Shown here one piece after another: positions 28,004-41,415 of a DNA stretch of 64,000 nt. Position 1 is the first letter of the stretch. Each line of letters opens with the position of its first letter. The notes under the pieces are model-generated. The model was not told the DNA's origin. It made no database searches and saw nothing but the letters and a program-made list of their open reading frames with translations. Origin of the DNA: Trichoplax adhaerens (taxonomy: Eukaryota; Animalia; Placozoa); contig NW_002060947.1 of assembly GCF_000150275.1 (NCBI RefSeq), forward strand, positions 7,735,880-7,799,879, written 5' to 3'. The position numbers were made by a program, and so were the translations under genes.

Positions 28004-30729
28004 ATGAATGATATCCATCCAGTCAAACAAGATCATAACACGAGCATTAAAAATGGTGGCGCAACCACGGTGTCTTCTCTTCCTCTTTGTAAGTTGAGCT
28101 GCTCTCTTCTCCACTTTAAATTGGATAAAATTGGTGATATGACTCAATTCTTGACCTCTTGCAACAGTATCATCTGTTGGATTTGCCTACTATACTATAT
28201 AAGGAGTCCATGTATTGCATGATTCAATTGGAATTTTTTTTTTCTTTCTTTTACATTCATGGGGGAGGAGGGATGATATATAGTATACACATTATATGAT
28301 TTTCCTTTTCATCCTCTTATCAATGATCGATCCTATCCATCATGACAGTAGAATCCTGTCCGAAATTTTATTTTATTCTTTTCTTACAGGGATTTATGAA
28401 TATTACTGTAAGAATAAAGTCATTTAAATTAAATCTGTATCATTAGTTCTACTTGCATTTCTTTTAACTTGGACTAATCATGCCGATTGAAAGTGGAAGA
28501 TAGGATTGCTTTTTAATTATAATTACAGCTCAAACTCTTCATCATAATTTTAGAATCAGGATTTTTTTTTTCTCTCTCTCTCTCATATAATCATGGTTCT
28601 CATTGATCTCCTTTATCGAATTAGATACCACTCCAACCATGTATCAAGCCAATAAAATGTATGTTGAAACCTCCAGTAATGGAGGAGCATCGGTTTTACA
28701 CGCTTATACATTTCAACCCACGCGATGTGATGATATTGTTGAAGAATTTATGCAAGATTTCTTCAACGAATTATTCTTCGGCCATACTCATTATGTCATG
28801 GGTATTATCCACAATGCAGCCTCTTATTTGCCAGATCCAATTGATTATTTAGCTCAACATTATCCACAAATGACTGTTCGATATCAGTTATTTGGCCGTA
28901 AAGATGTCGATTCTATTACGACTAGTCAATTCCATCAACGAGTCCATGACACTTATATCAATGGTACTTATCGAGCCGGTCCGCTATTACAATTAAGTTT
29001 AGTGGGTACAGTCCAAGAAGAAATTGGTGGTTATATGCCGGAATTTCTCAATCTATTGCAGCGTTCACCTGTTTTAGCGCCTGTTATGCCATGGGGAAAG
29101 TTGTCCAATTTAAAGTTAAACTCAAGATGTGATAGTGATGATGGTCCCATTTTATGGGTACGTCCTGGTGAACAAATTGTTCCCGCTACCGATCTGGCCA
29201 AGTCTCCTCACAAGAAGCGCAAGTAAGGTTACCTAACGTTATGCTGCTGTTTACGCATAGACTAGTTGCAATGCTTTCCTTTCATAAATTGAAATGGTTA
29301 AAGTTAATTTACTAACGCGTACCTATTCACTCTCCATCAATCATCATGACAGTGGGCATCTTGAGTTCAATTGGACTCGCGATTGCATCAACACTCAGTA
29401 ACTAGAAAACATATATTGAACAACCAAACGTCTCGTTGATGGCGGACAGTGAACCATAGTTGATTTTGAAATTAGTCTTCCTAGCCATTTTTTTTACCTT
29501 CCGCGTAATTAGACACTGAGGCTGGATTGCATAGAGATAATCGCTGGCAATATTGATTATTTCCACTTTTTTTTTTTATAAGTATTATTATTGTTATCAT
29601 AAAAACGGCATGTTTAGTCAATTCAATTTAGATACAATATCTATATTTTATCTATACGGTAGACCATGATACGGCATTAGGATTAAGAGAGTATAGTAAG
29701 GAGGATATTGATTCAAGCCCTTCTCTTCTAGTCATTAGACATGAATTATTTATAAAATTGCTCTAGCTTATGAACAGGACACAGTCAGAATCATTTATTT
29801 TCATCTATTTTCTTTCCACTTGATTAGGACGGGTAATAATGAACTTCGCAATTTATACTCGCTTACGCGTGTCAATGCTCCACGAGAAAGTTTACTCGAA
29901 GATAGGACTTATTGCCATGCGGATCATGTTGGACATGGCCTCGATCGAAACACTACTGCAGCTGTAGGATTATTGAAAGCTGTTCATTGTGGTGCTAGGT
30001 AAAGTTCGACAATATTAAAAATAAATGGGGATAAAATTACCATCTTTGCAATTTTCCTGCTGTTTTTCCTAATGGATAAAGCTTGAGTCTACACTTTTAT
30101 AGTTGTAAAAAGTAGCAAAGGTCCTTGGAGACGATTTTAAATATCCTATTTCCACTTTTCCTTTATAGCTATTCCACAAATAGGATAGTTAAAGATGTTG
30201 TTGCCTTTCATCCAGATGACTTTGAAAGTGTTGCCACAAAATTGCAGTTAGATTTGTACGAGCCTCCTGCCTCACAGGTAAATATTCAATCGTCATCAAC
30301 AGTTAGGCTATTTGATTATATAATACAAAATTACTATAATTTAATCTGCTTAATTGACGTAAAATGTTCATGTTTGAAATATGGACTATACTTCTGTATT
30401 TGCACGATGGCATGTCCGCTAATTAACTACATTTTCCTTTAACCAATGACCCCCATCTGTATACACATTTTCTCGTCAACTGATAGCTGAATATTTTTCA
30501 TTTCTTCTAGTGCGTTCAATGGGTTGAAGATGGTAAATTAAATCAGCTTCTTCGTGAAGGAGTTCGATATGCTCGTATTCAATTATGTGATAACGATATC
30601 TATTTCATACCTCGCAACGTTATCCATCAATTCAAGACAGTATCAGCTTGCACCAGCATCGCTTGGCATCTTCGACATAAAGCGTATTACGACAACAGTT
30701 CAACGACAGATGACAATAATACACCATAA
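28004..30729 (+). CDS. RSBN1: RSBN1/RSBN1L/DPY-21-like JmjC-type lysine demethylase (H4K20me2), about 393 aa
   Basis: Exons 28004-28088, 28625-29222, 29828-29998, 30169-30277 and 30511-30729 sum to 1182 nt in frame. Family motifs: [131 protein letters not shown]. The first exon is the least certain. Confidence 0.92.
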
Positions 30730-32921
30730 CTGCTAATTTAACAATCATGTAATTATTATTTTTCCCTTTGGTATTAGAAAACACAAAAGTAGGACAATTT
30801 ATTCTATTTTAATTCAAAGTATCATTTAAAGCTTACACTTTTACCTTTCACCTATGCTGACTTACCACGAATGAAATCTGTAGTATACTTGTTTACTGTA
30901 GATTGATCATTTCCGAATACTTCTCTCTTACTTTTCTGACATAATGTATATGCATCCCAGAGTTGAGTATAAAATCTTCAATCTTTTATCTTGCTTTTAA
31001 CCTTACAGAATTTATTACTATATATAGAAGATAATACAAATTTCCTAATGACTTCATTACGGAAAAGAAATTGACATTTATAAATCTTTGAGCTTCTACA
31101 CGTATTAAAATAACTCTTCTATTTGTCAAAATGATATTGCAATAATTATTTTAAGTTATTCTAAATTAACTGTCTATGGCTTTCTGTATAGTATTGATGA
31201 TAATCCTTAATACACGTTAATGCTACAGAATCTTTCAAACTCAAAGTCATTGTATAAAGATATTTGAAACTTCGTAAATTACTTGATGATATTATATAAT
31301 TATATATGTACATGATGTGTTTTGGCCTTCATTTACATACTTTATTTAACAACTAATTAATGACAAGTTTAATTATCTGTAATTATTTGCAAAGAATAGA
31401 GATATAATCAACTATAGCTGATAACTTTATCCATGTACCACATCATAGAAATTTTAACAGTCAGAAACTGCGTATCTGTAAAGTAATTGTGAATTAAATG
31501 TACAAGGTTAATCGAAATAGAGTTGCAGTTCTATTGATCTTGTACCATATAACACTGTACGTTTATAACCTTTGGTGCTACTGTTACTAGTGACAACGTA
31601 TTTAGTAGATACTCCTACTGTACTTTCAAATTGATAGCACTGAATAATTTAGTCTAACCATTCGAGAGCAATTAGTTTTGTTGTGAATGTTCTTTGCAGC
31701 CTTCTTAGTAGAACTCTTACGCTATGATTTTTAGACGTACATATTTAGCTAATTTATCAATTTAACTGCAATGATTTCTTAAGGATTGGTAACAATCCAC
31801 AAATTATTTCTCTTGTTGATATTAATCTAACTATAGAATGAAACTAGCAAAATTTCGATTATAATTTAGCAATATATGGCCACTTTGTTATGTGCAACTG
31901 TGTTCAATTGAAGACTACGATATAACGTCCATTTAATATTGTTAACTGTGAAACTATAGATATGAAGTTATTCGTTCGCCATCTGCAGGATTTCCTAATT
32001 GTTGTGAATGTTGTACAAATTTGAAATGTAATATTCGGTTCCCTCATAGCTTTATATGTTCGTTACTTTATTTAACATTAAAATAAAGTGAAACTTGCTG
32101 GAAATGACTGCGTAACTCGTTCTTAAACCGATGCCTTGATATACGAGTACCACACACCTTGAACATTAGCTTTGTTCTCGTATATGGCTATGTAGATATT
32201 GGTAAGAAGCTATTGGGTATTATTGACGTCTCATTCCCTACTTTCCAATAACTTTCTGTAGAATGTACTACACTTTTAAGTCTTTATCCTTCGATAGCTT
32301 AGCATAGCATGGAATCTTCAATCATATAATTATAGACACAATTACGACGAAGAGTATAGTAATTTCAATTTAAAGACAAAAAATTAGCATGTATCAGGTT
32401 TTAATGCACATTCATAGATACTAAGTCATCCGCTGTGATAACATGCACAAAACATCAAACGTATAACTCATCAATCATGTACACCAGTGTATATACACAT
32501 GGAAATTTTAATTTCTTTTCTACCATTCGCCAATTGTCACATTTTCCATGATCGTACAAAAACATATCGCTAACAAATCAAAATCGTAACGGCTGAGAAT
32601 ATTCTCGAAGCCATCTCATTTCTGATGATTTATCAGTTTCAGCTCGTTCATGAATACCAACAAATCACTACAAACAAGACAGAAATATTTCCAGAAAATC
32701 AGAATAATATCATACTCTATAACACATCATTTATATACGTGCACTGTACAAAGAGTTAGATTTTCAAATTGACTGTAAGATATGACTGACAAGTTTACGT
32801 TATTTACACAATCAAGCTCAATCCTGAACGGAAATATACACTATTGGTTAACAGTATAATTATAAATTAAGTAAGTGCTAAAAAAAATACTGGTTCTTGT
32901 GTATGATCTATAGATCTGTCT

Positions 32922-35900
32922 TTATTGATTTGCATATTTGTTTTCATAGCCCAAGTAAGGCTTCTCGCGAAGAATAGATTGTAATCGAGCGCTATGTCTG
33001 CATTCCGTTAACTTTCTGATATCCTAAGGACATCCATAAAAATCATGTATTTTATTATTTCTAAGAATCCATATTACGTTAGACGATATAAGCTGAAAAT
33101 AAATAGCAATCTTACGTCAATTTGCTTCTGCATAATTGCTGATAGATTATCTTTATCACGAATTAAATTATTATACAATTCCTTTTCATTTTCATTCTTT
33201 AGACCTTTACTTTTTAGGTGCATTATTAACGTTTCCAACTAAAATAGTTGCCCAATCCAGTAAAAGGTAAGGTTACCAATGAATCTAAGTAAAATACGAT
33301 CATTCGCTACAGCTTACCTCTTTAGGCGTGCAGTAGTACATCCATTGACCATTCTCGTCTTCGACATACAGCTTACCGATCGGAAAGCTACCATCAAAAC
33401 CCCAGTATCTTCTATTACTGCTGTCTCGCCCAATAAAGGGGTGACGAAGAAAAGATACTTGAATTGATGTAGCATTGAGAAACCGAGTTTCCTGCAATGA
33501 TGATAAATTTTTCAAAATCAGTTCATTACACCTATTAAGCGTCAAGTATGAAACTAGGATGTGATAAATTAGTTACTAATCAAGATGGTTAATTAAAGTT
33601 ATGATTAATGGAAGAGTTACTCACTTTTCTTTTCAGTTGTTGTTCTTCAAATGCGCGATCCTTATAAAATAAATTAATAAAACAACATAGTCGATATAAC
33701 AACAGCAGTCTTCTCAATGCTATAAATAAATTCATGCGACCTAAATATGCTCAAAAATTAAAATTCACGGGCTATTCATTAACTGTACGTACCACTACCG
33801 AAACAGGCTTACTCTCATTTTCTGTCATCTGATTTTCTTTATCGTCGGTGGACTCAGGAGTACTACTTCTACAGTTGTGAAGATGAATAAAGCTAAAGTT
33901 ATATTTCATCGGTAACTAAATCTACGACACCAAGATTGATTACTAATAGGTTTGAAGCTTAGAAACTGACTCATTCATTTGACTTTCAGTCGAATCAGCA
34001 AGATTGTTAACAGATTTGTTCTCCTTTATCCTGTTCAAGATGATGTATATTTATTACTAATCTTAGATTTGTTATTTTTGGTGGAACAACGGCTTTTGAC
34101 AACTCAAGCAATAAATTTTCTTTAATTACTTTTTCATTACGTCAGCTTTTTCTACTCGCCACGATCTCTTTAAGTCATGCAAATCGCCAACTGCGTCTTC
34201 CAAGCATTGACGAATGGTAACAGATTCCAAAACTAAGTCTATCAATACTCTGTTATATATAAATTTAATAAGTTACAAATTAGTGAAGTAAGCACAAGAC
34301 CCATAACTTGATATTGAAAATAGGGAATAATTAGCAGAGCACGTTACCTCAATAGCTGAACACGCGCTTCGAAGGCAGAAAATGAAAACGAAAATCTATT
34401 GCAATTATTATTTACCAAGTATTGAATGGATTCAGGAATATCGACAGTAATGCCTAATAAAATCAATTGACGAACGATGTCACTTCAAGTTTCAAGGTAA
34501 TTCTTATAACTTTAGATTTACAGATACTTAAATCAATGAAAAACAACAGGCTCGCAGATATTACGTATTACCACTTTCACGCATTCCTTGTAAATAGACA
34601 ACGACAGCTCGTTCCCAATTATGGTTATTTATTACGCGATAATTTCTTAAATTCTTCAAGCAATTGTAATCAAATTTTAATAAAAATTAAGTTTGAATTA
34701 TCCCTGAAAACAGCGATCAAATCATACTTCTTTTGATTGAAAATTGTCCGGCACTTCATCGAAAAGAATTGACAGTAGACAGCTAAACGCTACATAGAAT
34801 ACGAGTACATTAAAAATTTCAGTGCTACAGGCATTTCCATAATAGCTCTAATGATGAACTTACAATGTACTATCAAATCGCACAAAGGTGAACCATTCGT
34901 TAAATCTAAGACGTAAATTGATACAACGAATGTTAGCATCAATTACCTTACCGTATGACACCTACACAAGAATTTACAGAAAATTACAAAGTCATTGCTA
35001 ATTGCTAACCTGTTTGAGCAAAGGCTAACTGGAGATGATCGAATGGGAATGGGTATAACTTGATACATTTACTATTATGATATATGAGGTGTCATTAGTA
35101 AACTATAACCCAACTACCTTAAAAATTGCCAATACCTAAATGTATTCAGAAATTTCCATGACATCAGTAGGTCCCCCAGTATTTGAGGTAATGGATCACT
35201 ATCTCTAGACGGAATCGGCCAATCTACTATTACTACTGTTATAGAGAAAATTTCCTCCTTTAGCACTTCACATAGACTCATTTAATTCCGACATGATTTC
35301 TACCAGTAAAGCGTTTACAACTTAACATAACCAATTAAGCGATATACCTTTCTTCTCTTTAATTTTTGATTTACTTTTATCTCTTTTATTTTTTTCTTTC
35401 TTTTCCTTGTTCCCATTGGACTTTTTTTTTTTGACTTTACTTTTTGCGTCATCCTTACCAGACTTCAACCGTTTTATTTTCTTTGCCTTATCATCTTTCC
35501 TCTTGTTTTTATTACTTCCTGACATTTGTTTACTGCGCGATTTCGTGGCATTCTTAGTTTTAATCTTTTTAGATTTTTTACCAGGTTCTGAATTAGCTTT
35601 TCTCTAAGCAGAAATAATGAAGAGATTTTAGTTCTACCAAATAATTCGCGACTATTGAAACAAAACTTTATTAGGAATACTAGTAGAAACCGCTGCCAAA
35701 GATCAGTTAAGTAAATATACAGTAATTTTTAAGATAACTGATAAACGGCCAGTAAATCGGTCAACTAAAGGCTAACTAATTATGAATTTGCTAGGTGTTT
35801 ACCTTTGCTGAATCGTTAATAGATTTTCTTTGCTTTCGTAAATAGTCTTGATGAGCAGACACTAACTTTTTTGGCATTTCCTTCACAATATCCCGTCATA

Positions 35901-38900
35901 GGATTAATTCATTTTATGTATTCAATGAAATTTGCATATCAAGTAAATATCAACCGAAGTTACCTTCACAGTCAAATTAAATTTCTTAATATATGCCTTC
36001 TTAACTATAAAAGGGCTGAAATAAATTATAGTCTGAGTGATGAGGTCTATCATTAGCAAATTACTTTACAATTTCTAAAAGCACGCGACGTCAGTAATAA
36101 AATCTTAAATACAGCATAGCATGTAGGCTGTACAATATTACAATTTACCTATTGCGATATCGATATCGCTTAGTAGTTTTACATATAAATGACTTTAGCG
36201 TTGCTTTACTGGGTAATCCATTTACTCTGCAAATCAAGACATACGTAAGTAACATTATTTGTGAAGGCGAAAGCCTGAAGTACGGCAGCTTAGTTGATTA
36301 TAATCATTTTAGGAAGATATCTTCTAGTCATTCAAGATTAGCAATGCAGTTTTTTTATAAGAAAAATCCGCTGGTAATTAACTGCTCTCAATTATTATAT
36401 ATCATGAACATGATTATTGATCTTGTTTACTCCATACGTTACAAACGTACAATAAAACTCTTGTATTAGGTGTGTATTTTAGTTGTACTCCATAACTGAT
36501 CAAGTAAAAAACGTACTAAAGCCATTGCACGAAGCTTCATTAAGGTTACTATACGAGCTAATTATCAACCATCAGTTTACTTTTATGTTAGATTATACGA
36601 ATTTTAAATACCTGTTAGACTTTGCTTTCTTTATTAGATAGTCTCTTAAATCATCGATAATTTCTTTTAAGTTCTTGGTGCTATTAGCCAAAAAAAATTA
36701 CAATTACAGTCTTTACTACTTTGTAAAGGTTATCTAATCTTCTAAGTCGCTAAAAGCAGAGCAAAACTTCTAAGAAACTACTAATGATACGTTATGGCTA
36801 GACAGATAAATTTGCCTATTATATTAATTATGAGTATGAATGACATCGTAAGAACCATGTCATTTTTTCATCCAAGCAAGAAATTATTGTGGATTTACAG
36901 TATCACTTAATTCCTGAATCTGCAATAAGAACTATTAACTTTAAGCATGCACTGAAATGGGTATAAGTCAAGATTAAAGTGAGGTACTTTGGCAGGTATA
37001 GACAATATCAAATGCTAATATCAAAAGAGTGTAATGGTCACAAATATATAGCAATACGGCATTTGCACTGGTAAGCAACGCTTTGAAATTTGTACCTAAA
37101 TTGAACTTTAGTTAATACTGGTACAGCAAATTCTTTAGGAAGGTTGAGCGAATTAGATCTAGATAATGGCTTGACTCCTAATTCCCGCTATGATCATGAT
37201 CGAAATTGTTGTTACCACAACGTAAAATATTTTTTATGTACATATCATCTTTACTTAAAGATCTAAGAATTAATACAGATGCACAGGAATTGCTTACCTT
37301 CTTCTTTGGGGTTTGCTTTGATATTCGTTTCTAAACGATAGTTAAGGTATAAAATTCACAGTTTAGCAATTGAATATCATCCTTACTGACATATTACCAA
37401 AATTAAGATATTTCTATAGTCGTAGGTTGCACCGTATCGTCTACAACAAAAACCTACCCGTGATTTCCCCATTTTCTCCGATAAAAGTGCCTAGCGAAAT
37501 CATCACAGTTAAAACTTTTGTTTCAATCATTTCATATCACATGTTTATCGCACCATCACAAAATTCACTTTATATGAACATAGATTATTAAAATTTTGTT
37601 ACGATGCAGCCAGGTATAACCAGAGTTAATAGTAGAAAGGTCTCTTTCAAAGCATGCAATAATCTTATGCATAATATCTTTGCCACTATTTTATATTAAG
37701 AGCATGAGATGAAGTGAGCCTGTGCAAAATAATATTAATCTTTTGCATCAAGACATAATTGTAAAGTTCTAGAAAGTCCTTGACTATAGGGTAAACAGCA
37801 AGCAACGCTGTTGCTACATGACGCTTTAATCATACCTATCTACAAAATTAGAAGCTCTAAATTACATCGGATTGCACGTTTTGTGCTTAATATTTTAAAA
37901 AATATTAAACCTTACAATGTGTTATTCGGGATCTCAAATAAGCAAAAATTCGTGGAATACCAATAGTGGGCTTAAGTTTGCTCGCAGGCCTATACTCGAA
38001 ATTTAACCAATTCGACCTATCTTTGATGACCTTCACAGATTACCTTACTGAAGTGTAGGTTTGCATATTGCAAACGGCAACGAGCATTAAGAATTAAACC
38101 ATGATTAAAGTACCGCTACCAATAGTGGAATTTTTGTAGAGTGCATATTTGTCGATTCGGTAAGACAAAATTTTCTAGCAATGAAGATACCGAAGCAAGA
38201 ATGCGACTTTCATACTTGCAGTAAGCACTAGAGGCGTGCAGTCAACGATATAATTAATAAAGGCTACTTATAATAAATATATGGGCACACGATGGGCTTA
38301 AGCAAACAAGCGGTCGCTATGAATCATAGAGTCGGTATATATCATAGGGAAGTGATCTTAGAGAGAGTCCGATAGCTGTACCTTGCCAGATTATTCTTTT
38401 TGCAAGGTAGTTTGGGATGACTACCACTATCGTAGTCAAAACAAGGAAAGTGCTACACATATCCTTATACGGTAAGTATTTAAAAGAGCGTGAGCATATT
38501 TCAATATGTTTTAAATAAAACCAGAAGATTTGGTATGGGTATTTGTGCTTTTCGCATTTCATACTAGAATTATCCAATTTCGTAATTACAACTTTAAATT
38601 TTAAAAAATCTCACTACTGTAGTAGTACGATAGAAACAGGATTCCTGAGATATATTGAGTCCTCACCTCTTCGTATGTTAATTTATTCTTCCCAGTAACG
38701 GAACACGTCCAACACCGAGATCGATATAAATCAAGCCTTTCATAATATTTATCAATTGATTGAAAAGCCTATAATGGAGCCGAAGTTAAAACTATTATTA
38801 AGCTATCAGAACGCTGTTAGTATTTCATTTTAATTTTCTACATCAAAGATTCTATCAAAAGTAAGCTAATTCCAAATAACTACATTTGCTACATAGGACC

Positions 38901-41182
38901 TACATGGATTCAAACAAAGTGCACTACGCAATTTATTAAGAGCTTAAACGATTAATTATCACAGTAAAACAATCAATACATCACTTTATATTATCTAGCG
39001 AGAAGTCATTAGTGCACGGTATCATAACTTTGGCAATGTTTATGTAATGATTACTTTCAAGTCAAGTAACTCTATCTCGATACCGTAATGTATTAAAAGC
39101 TTTAAAGCAATGTACTGTAAGTTAATAATATTAACTGGGTTGGAATAATCAGTGCAATAAATACGATTATTAATCTAGTTTTTAAGCTACAACAGTGCTT
39201 CAAAAATAAATTTCTAAAAAGTGTGGGAACATTCTAACAGGACATAAGCTATGTTATATGATAATTTTATTTTTAATTAGGGACAATTTAGAATCGCTGC
39301 ATTCATGTCGCTACTAATTACTAATTTGTCATCTATTGCAAATAAGGCAAATCTAACAATTTGCCCTAAAATTGTAATTAAATCGACGGGATGAGAGCAT
39401 CAATAATTACCATTTACACTTTGCAATACTACTGTACTGTACTTATATTATGGAGTGCAGTCAATACTGAGATCAGATCTCTTCTGCTCCTAGAGTTACA
39501 ATGCGCGTACAGTAAAGTAAAGGGATAAATGTTAAATGCCTACCATTTACGGTACGACGGTATTTATAATTTTAGCACGCACAATTTTACTGTAGCTAAT
39601 CTTGCCTATGATGCTAATACAATAATATGTAGGCAATACAGCATAAGACATTGCTAGATTGCTCGTATTCAACTAGATCGCTGTCCAAGGAGGCAATTAA
39701 ATCTAATCGCTCATACGAGTACAGTAATAATTAAATTTGTAATCCCTACAACAGTATATCCAACTATGCTATACTGTACATCTGGGTTGCATTGTAGACA
39801 TTCTCATTCCAAAAGGACAATTTCGTTATGAGAACAGATAAATAATACTGTAATCCTATAGAACCTACTCTACTGTCGTATCTCGCTCGTCTTCTGATTC
39901 AAAAGCTCAGAAGGCGACAATTTCATTCATTACAATTGTATACGTGCATATAGATGATGATATCATTCTATACGATACTGTCGTGTTAGCGTCCAAATGA
40001 AATACGAGCAAGGACATTAATAGTTATTACCAATGATCATTATCGAACGAATTTCAAAAGAACATCATATCCATTTGGATTCTGTTGTTCATAGCTCCTA
40101 CCGTACTACGAGAATCATGTCATTCTATTGATCAGTGTACGAGCTTACTGCAATCATTGAATGACAGCTCGATTAAACAGCAACTACCGTATGAATTTTC
40201 AATATACAGTAGAGAGCAAGAGTTTCATCGATGGTGATTACAATTTAAAGCGTGGATACAGAGGATAATATGACGATCATTATTTCAGTTCTTCTTGTCC
40301 AATTTATACCATATTACACCTAAGGATATCCATGACTATTCTCCCTGATTATGCTACTTATACAAGCATATGGAATTAGCCTAGCCAATTCACCATCAGT
40401 GAAAGAATACCATCCAATGTATAGAAGACCTAACCAATTACCAAGTCTAGTAATAATCTATCACCCAAGTAGGTGTTGCAAAGAAGGATATCGCTTATCC
40501 GTTGACTACAGTAGCATCAGACTAGCATTGCTGAGTACCGCATGATACATCACCAGCACCATTTGCAATCTAGAAAGTTAGTACTGAATCATCTTTCATC
40601 CATCTTTCAGTGTATAACTGAACTCTATCTATCAACAGTCTCTCAACTCAAGAACTGCCATGGCAATTTTATTGGTTATTCTCGGTCTTGTTCCATGACC
40701 ACTCGACAACTTGCTCAATTTGAAAATGGTCTATGCATGGCAGTCATGAGGATGCAGTCAGAAGATGTGAGGAAGAGTCGACTGGCTATCATTTTTAAAG
40801 CCCAGGTCCAGAATTTCCATTCATCGTCGTCCACGATCAATCCCACTATGTTCATTGTACTTCTATTCCTTAGTAGTCTATAAACTGAACGACTACTATA
40901 GAAATACATCTCTTTTCTCATTTCACTAGCCTTCTTTCTCAGTAACTGGCCCTCTATCTTATTTTCATTGCAATTATTGCTAGGTATGACTATGACGACA
41001 TTTGCTCTGACGTGGAGAAGAATGCCACCTGTCTTCTCCACTGGCGGGAAAGTTTAATGTTACATTGTTTCCAGTTGTCTTACCTCGTTAGTAAAGCGAA
41101 TAACGAATAATTCACAATTCCTATCCAGTGATTTGGATAGCTTGGCTTTGGGTTGCCATTGATTTCCTTTCAATAACGGCAT
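32922..41182 (-). CDS. WAC-DDT-WHIM/WSD ISWI-associated chromatin protein (BAZ1/ACF1/WSTF/Itc1 family) with no visible PHD or bromodomain
   Basis: Exon 1 41182-41084 MPLLKGNQWQPK..LFVIRFTNE. Exon about 38768-38667 AFQSIDKYYERLDLYRSRCWTCSVTGKNKLTYEE (WAC). Lys-rich exon about 35603-35348. DDT exons DWPIPSRDSDPLPQILGDLLMSWKFLNTFS / KCIKLYPFPFDHLQLAF. WHIM2/WSD segment RHPFIGRDSSNRRYWGF..W.YY and L..L...G.NEKEL. Terminal exon 33023-32922 DIRKLTECRHSARLQSILREKPYLGYENKYANQ*. Confidence 0.85.
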
Positions 41183-41415
41183 CGTTCAGCAAGAATCTCT
41201 TTGCAAGCAAATTTTCAATGGCACCAAGAAGAGAATTATTTCAGCTAGCTGACAGCAGAAATTGGCTGGGAGCCACGATTATATAGGCTAGTATGCAGTT
41301 GACTTGGCAGGACAGACCGTACAGACGTAAACCATCGCTCCATACAGTGCGCGGTTCGGTCCGCACGTGTGTGCTGATTACCTAAGGCTCAGATACTGTA
41401 CTGTACACTGTATAG

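Noticed and set aside
40351-41041. ORFs of 64-113 aa inside intron 1 of the WAC-DDT gene, as a possible nested gene
   Set aside because: No recognisable motifs, overlapping on both strands, and no consistent splice chain.
7862-41182. U12-type (minor) introns in DOCK or the BAZ1-like gene
   Set aside because: I found no RTATCCTT donor at the exon boundaries I checked, and those introns were GT-AG U2-like.
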